Assembly: GCA_035528575.1 (NCBI GenBank)
Contig: DATKYK010000029.1
Location: 14,824 to 78,823, forward strand
Origin: Dehalococcoidia bacterium
Lineage (GTDB): Bacteria; Chloroflexota; Dehalococcoidia; E44-bin15
Length of the DNA: 64,000 nt
Direction of reading: 5' to 3'
Positions 59,538-64,000 of the stretch are shown piece by piece; position 1 is the stretch's first letter; each line of letters opens with the position of its first letter. The translations under genes and the position numbers were made by a program. Below the pieces are notes generated by a model. That model had not been told where the DNA came from and searched no databases. It worked only from the letters and a program-made list of their open reading frames with translations.

Positions 59538-60533
59538 TCAGCAACAGATGAAATTCTCCGCGCCCTTCTCTTTCGCCCGGAGCTGAGAGAATACCGTAGC
59601 TTTCCATAGGCTCCTATTAACAGCAATGAATTCCTCAACCAATGGCCTTCCCAAGCCCACCGGCCGTAGCATTGCGGTGGCTCGTGGATTTTTCGGGGAT
59701 GGGTCAAGTCTAACATCCCCGACTATGATTGCTTCCTCATCCCCCAGTTGCGCTATAACGGTCCCATCCGAATCGACTATAGTCGATAGGCCCGGAAACC
59801 TTGAATCCTGCTTCCAAAATGGTATCCCAGGCATTGGCCTCTGCCATCGGCCGCATTTGTTTCCCATGACCACAGGTACCCCGATAAGGCGCGCCATGCG
59901 ACGAGCTCCTTCTCTTATTACATTGTTGTAGTATTCGATCTGCCTATGACGGAAAAAGAAGCTCTGCATTGGGGTTGGGGCTGAGAGGGGCATAAGCAGA
60001 AGGTCTGCCGATTGCTGGTGCATCATCTGCGGAATGTAGGAAGGGTAGTTTTCATAGCAGATACCCACTCCTAGCTTACCCAATTCGGTGTTTATCACGT
60101 GTGGGCCGGTGCCTCCCCTGAAAAAGTACGCCTCATAAGCAGCCGGCGTTTGTTTCCTCACCCGACCAGCTTCCTCCCCACTAGGGGTCGCTAGAACGAA
60201 CGTATTAAAGAAATCTTCTCCTTCGGCTTCGAGGAAGCTGGTTCCCAACCAGACGACCAGCCTAGTGGAGTTCTCCCTGAGCCACTTGACGGTCGGCCCT
60301 TCTTTTGGTTCCGCCCCGTCCCATATTTCCGTGGTTAATATATAGACGGTGGGCATGAACTCGGGAAGTACGATGAGCTTGGCTCCCTCTTGCGCAGTCC
60401 GGTTAACTAATGACGTGGCGTGTTTGAGGTTACCATCAATTAGGCCGTTCTTCGACTCCATCTGCACCGCCGCCACCCGAACGGTTCTACCTTTTTCGTT
60501 TGACATATTTAACGTTCTACCCTTTGGTGACAA
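59538..60533 (-). CDS. Carbon-nitrogen hydrolase family protein (nitrilase/amidase superfamily)
   Basis: The motif VRVAAVQME and the Glu/Lys/Cys triad context. The start is possibly MSNEKG at 60506. Confidence 0.7.
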   Translation of the reverse strand: MSPKGRTLNMSNEKGRTVRVAAVQMESKNGLIDGNLKHATSLVNRTAQEGAKLIVLPEFMPTVYILTTEIWDGAEPKEGPTVKWLRENSTRLVVWLGTSFLEAEGEDFFNTFVLATPSGEEAGRVRKQTPAAYEAYFFRGGTGPHVINTELGKLGVGICYENYPSYIPQMMHQQSADLLLMPLSAPTPMQSFFFRHRQIEYYNNVIREGARRMARLIGVPVVMGNKCGRWQRPMPGIPFWKQDSRFPGLSTIVDSDGTVIAQLGDEEAIIVGDVRLDPSPKNPRATAMLRPVGLGRPLVEEFIAVNRSLWKATVFSQLRAKEKGAENFICC

Positions 60534-60638
60534 TCACTCGGCAGCCTTTACAACAGCAACACCTTCTGCAGTTTGACTTGCTTATCCCTCTTTAATGATT
60601 GCCTCCCTATCTCAATTAAATTAACGGCTGCCGCTGCT

Positions 60639-61631
60639 TTAGCTCACTTTCGCGTACCCATTCTCCCTGAACCAGTTGACCGCCTTCTCGATAGTCGTCT
60701 TGACGGGTGTTTGCGGAAAACCCAGTTCATCGATAGCTTTAGAGCTGTCAAAATATGCATATCTGCTGCCAAGGCGCACCATTGGTGCGTTCATGACTGG
60801 CGGTCTCCTGATAATATTGGAAAGAAATTGGAACACATATCCCATGGTAATGGCAACTGAGTAGGGCACTTTAAATTTTGGCGGTTTAACCCCTGCAACT
60901 TCCCCAATCAACCTAAAATAATCTCTTATTGACATGTTCTCGTTACCCAGAATATACCTTTCGCCAATTCTACCTTTCTGGGCAGCCAAGATGTGGCCAC
61001 GAGCCACGTCCTCAACATCGACGAGATTCACGCCTCCATTGATGTATGCAGGCATTTTCTTGTTGATAACATCCAATATTACCTTTCCTGAGGGAGTTGG
61101 CTTTATGTCTCGCACCCCAATAATCGTGGCCGGATTTACGATTACCAAGGGAAGCCCCTTCTCACAAATCTTCCTGGCTTCAACTTCCCCCAGATACTTT
61201 GATATAGCATAATGGTCTCCGGTATCCCAGAGATTGAACTCAGCATCCTCATTAGCCGGACTTTTGGCTCCGTGAAAACCTAATGCTACCATGCTGCTGG
61301 TATAAACCACCTTTTCTATCCCCTGCTCCAGGGCTGCGTTCAAGGCAATCTTTGTGCCCTCTACGTTGACATCGTAGAGCACTTTCATGTCTGGTACCCA
61401 GAAAACATATAAGGCTGCCGTTTGATAGAAGGTATCACACCCCTTCAATGCCGATTTCACGGATTCGCCATCCCGAATATCCCCGTACGCTTTCTCGACA
61501 TCCAGACCGTCAATGTTTCTGGTATCGCTGTTCTCTCTCACCAGAACCCTTACCTCCGCGCCGTCTTTCAGCAGCTCTCTTACAATACTTGAGCCCATAA
61601 AGCCAGTAGCTCCCGTGACTAGTGTCTTCAT
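60639..61631 (-). CDS. NAD-dependent epimerase/dehydratase (extended SDR)
   Basis: The motif TGATGFMGS and the catalytic motif YxxxK. Confidence 0.8.
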   Translation of the reverse strand: MKTLVTGATGFMGSSIVRELLKDGAEVRVLVRENSDTRNIDGLDVEKAYGDIRDGESVKSALKGCDTFYQTAALYVFWVPDMKVLYDVNVEGTKIALNAALEQGIEKVVYTSSMVALGFHGAKSPANEDAEFNLWDTGDHYAISKYLGEVEARKICEKGLPLVIVNPATIIGVRDIKPTPSGKVILDVINKKMPAYINGGVNLVDVEDVARGHILAAQKGRIGERYILGNENMSIRDYFRLIGEVAGVKPPKFKVPYSVAITMGYVFQFLSNIIRRPPVMNAPMVRLGSRYAYFDSSKAIDELGFPQTPVKTTIEKAVNWFRENGYAKVS

Positions 61632-61797
61632 ACTTTACCTCCCCTAGGTGCTTATCGAGAGCTGGCGTGATTATAACCCTATCGGACCGCGCAGCTCTCT
61701 GGGGCATCGGCCTCCAGCCCCAGAAGCTACAAAGCTTTTCTACACGCCACCAACTCTGATTTATTGACTGGTAAAATAAGCAGGGGCTGGTCATCCC

Positions 61798-62736
61798 TTA
61801 CTTCTGATGCCGTAGCAACTCTTCCAAATCTAAGGGATCGCCCTTAGATGATTCCCTCTGAAGTGTTATCGCTCCATCAGGACATTTATCTTCGCAAATG
61901 CCGCAGCCCATACACTTATTAAAATCTACGACAGCCTTATTACTATCCTCATCCATTCGTATTGCATTGAAATTACAGATGTCTAAACAAATACCGCAAC
62001 CACTACAGTTATCACCTATTCGAGATACATAGCCTGAAGGGGCAATGAATGGAACTTGCCCCTCCAGTATGTTCCACATCTGCACTCCGACGCAACAGCA
62101 ACTGCAGCAGTTGCAGATAGCAATAAGCCGCCTGCCCAGTTCTTTCTTGAATTCCGCAGTGTGGAGAAAGCCTTTCTCATGCGACGTCTGAAGGATGTGG
62201 ACCGCTTCCTCCTGAGATATCTTACGGAACTTAGGATTCTCCTCCGCAATAAAAGAGGTATATGGATCACCAACAAATAGACAAACCTCCATGGGGGGAG
62301 GAAGACAGGGATTTTTGGAAATGGCACGGCAGGCACATTCCCCAACGGCAATTGAATGCGGGTTGTTGATAATAATATCTCTAGCCTGTTTGTAATGCAT
62401 TACCCTATCGGGTGTTTTTATTCTTACATCTGCCTTCTGGGTAACCAACTGAATCGCATCCCTCAATTTAACTACTTTAAGATGATAAGTGCTGGTATCG
62501 TGAGTCGCCGCAGTCTCACTGATTCGCCATACAGCGGCTTGGATCATCGCATCGACATCATCATCCAGCTTTGTCTGAGGTCTCTCTGCGGGAAGTCCTC
62601 CTGCTTGAGATAAATGATAAACAAAGTGGTCCGGATATTTGAGGAATATGTATGCGTGATAAAAGTCATTCTTCTCATCCTCAGGGAACATCTCATAGAG
62701 TGCCTTGGTTATCTCGTTATGCATAAGCTTCTCCAT
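61798..62736 (-). CDS. Cys-rich Fe-S protein with C-terminal 2x[4Fe-4S] ferredoxin domain
   Basis: CSGCGICLDIC and CMGCGICEDKCP motifs, plus an N-terminal Cys cluster CNCCSCCC. Confidence 0.6.
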   Translation of the reverse strand: MEKLMHNEITKALYEMFPEDEKNDFYHAYIFLKYPDHFVYHLSQAGGLPAERPQTKLDDDVDAMIQAAVWRISETAATHDTSTYHLKVVKLRDAIQLVTQKADVRIKTPDRVMHYKQARDIIINNPHSIAVGECACRAISKNPCLPPPMEVCLFVGDPYTSFIAEENPKFRKISQEEAVHILQTSHEKGFLHTAEFKKELGRRLIAICNCCSCCCVGVQMWNILEGQVPFIAPSGYVSRIGDNCSGCGICLDICNFNAIRMDEDSNKAVVDFNKCMGCGICEDKCPDGAITLQRESSKGDPLDLEELLRHQK

Positions 62737-62781
62737 TCGCGTTTAAAAAAAGTTCTGATGTGTACAATTCAAACTCCTCTT

Positions 62782-63087
62782 TTACTGGGATATTAAGCTT
62801 TGAATCCCCGCCATCTGCGCATTTATCAACTCACCGGCGGCCAAGATTTTACCGTAGGCTCTATCATTGTATTCACTCTCACCACTTCTTACAATTGACA
62901 TATCCCCCAGAAATCGGTCTAGGTAGCATGTGAGACTTAGGAGCTGTGAGGTGCTATTCTTTGGGCTTGACTGTTGCATTAACATATCCGTAAAGCGCTG
63001 GACTTTACTGCTCTGATGTGCACCTATGAAATAGGCGCTCTTTAACAAATCACCAGTGACATTCTCTAATTGAGAAAACCCTCTCAT
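62782..63087 (-). CDS. Hypothetical protein (101 aa)
   Basis: ORF only. It lies in an AT-richer patch. Confidence 0.3.
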   Translation of the reverse strand: MRGFSQLENVTGDLLKSAYFIGAHQSSKVQRFTDMLMQQSSPKNSTSQLLSLTCYLDRFLGDMSIVRSGESEYNDRAYGKILAAGELINAQMAGIQSLISQ

Positions 63088-63197
63088 GGAAAGAAATCCC
63101 TAAAGGGTTCGCTCATCTATCCTAAAAATATACTGCTCACCTTTGGTTTGACCTATCGTCTAATCTTCGCCTCTTACAGCCCCGCTATCAGAGTGCC

Positions 63198-63746
63198 TCA
63201 CTTGAGATTCCGTCCCCACTCCGCGGTGACATCGTAGGTCATATCCCGGAACTCCTCCTCGTCGGGAAGCGGCCTGCCCAGCCACTCCCGGTAGAAACTG
63301 TCCAGGTCAGGCAGGGCATCGAAGATGAGCGGACAGCCTACGGGTACAGCCTCCACCATGAGCAGACTGCCGCACCCCGGGCAGTAGAACTCTCGCACTT
63401 CGCACAGGTCGGGGTCGGGGCACTTCAGTCCGGGGTAAACCTCCTCCAGCTTCGCAGTGTCGTCTCTGGCGAAGATGAGAGCGTTCAGCTTCCAGTTCTT
63501 CCGCCAGTCCCCGAACTCGTGCCCGCAGTCGCACTTCACCACCCTCTCCGCGCCCTTCCGCACCACGTTGAGGTGGTCGCCCAAGGGCATTAGTATCCTC
63601 TCAGGGTAGGAGACGCGCTCCTGAAGGATCTCAACATACTTGTCGAATCTATCATCGTCCTTGGGCTTGCTCATGATTTCGAACGTCTTGTGCCAGGGTA
63701 GCCTGCCATCATAAAGGTCTCTTAAGTCCTCTTTGCTATATGACAT
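63198..63746 (-). CDS. acxC: Acetone carboxylase gamma subunit-like protein
   Basis: The CDCGHEFGDW and CPGCGS zinc-binding motifs. It is collinear with AcxC: ...YVEILQERV...WKLNA...REFYCPGCG.... Confidence 0.65.
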   Translation of the reverse strand: MSYSKEDLRDLYDGRLPWHKTFEIMSKPKDDDRFDKYVEILQERVSYPERILMPLGDHLNVVRKGAERVVKCDCGHEFGDWRKNWKLNALIFARDDTAKLEEVYPGLKCPDPDLCEVREFYCPGCGSLLMVEAVPVGCPLIFDALPDLDSFYREWLGRPLPDEEEFRDMTYDVTAEWGRNLK

Positions 63747-63755
63747 CTCTTCACC

Positions 63756-64000
63756 TCACAGATTAAAGTCATCGGGCAGCGCCCAGAAGTCCTTGAACTC
63801 CCGGGTAAAGGCATCGCTGAGCCTCATACTGCTCTGGTACATCTCCAGAATCTTGTCATCGACATTGCGCTCCATAAGCTGCTGACGCGACCTCTGCCAC
63901 CATTCCTTCGCCGGCACACCCCTTACCAGCCTCTCTTTGCGCTTTGCCTCGCGCAGTTCCCTGGTGGCAGCATCATCCACCCTCCACTGCTTCGCTTCCT
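63756..64000 (-). CDS. C-terminal fragment of the upstream gene of the acx-like operon (probably the hydantoinase-B/AcxB-like alpha subunit); runs off the window
   Basis: The ORF continues to the right edge of the window and its stop lies 10 nt upstream of the acxC-like start. Confidence 0.35.
   Translation of the reverse strand, partial: EAKQWRVDDAATRELREAKRKERLVRGVPAKEWWQRSRQQLMERNVDDKILEMYQSSMRLSDAFTREFKDFWALPDDFNL

Overview
The window is a 64-kb chromosomal segment at about 55-60 % GC, probably from an anaerobic monoderm bacterium. Strict-anaerobe sulfur metabolism and the PT-linker surface protein fit a Chloroflexi/Dehalococcoidia-like lineage, but the taxon cannot be fixed from sequence alone. 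Most of the window is core housekeeping: the feoB 3' end, plsC, ppsA, a NuoE/NuoF-like flavoprotein module, a dGTPase, dnaG-rpoD, ffh, uvrA, an MrfA-like helicase, corA, yhhQ, cysE/cysK, a methanogen-type homocysteine biosynthesis cluster (DUF39 / NIL-ferredoxin / ApbE-like / ThiF / MoaD-GG), an RND transporter, sufC-sufBD, ROK glucokinase, a sirtuin, a large adenylate-cyclase/STAND/TPR protein, and the 3' end of an acetone-carboxylase-like operon. The one clearly accessory region is a 5.1-kb AT-rich island at positions 332-5412. It sits between feoB and a PT-repeat surface protein gene and is bracketed by a ~40-bp imperfect direct repeat. It carries strong canonical -35/-10 promoters and three modules. 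The first is a HigB/Gp49-like toxin with an XRE antitoxin, translationally coupled to an unknown third gene. The second is a hicBA pair bracketed by two ~60-bp repeats. The third is an IS6-family transposase overlapping an unknown membrane protein gene. Other points of interest are an orphan SbcC/Rad50-like zinc-hook ATPase, a NuoE/NuoF/NuoG-N-terminal diaphorase module with no catalytic partner directly behind ppsA, an RND pump fused to a topoisomerase-type zinc ribbon, and a second AT-rich singleton gene. No rRNA, tRNA or CRISPR array was found by eye.
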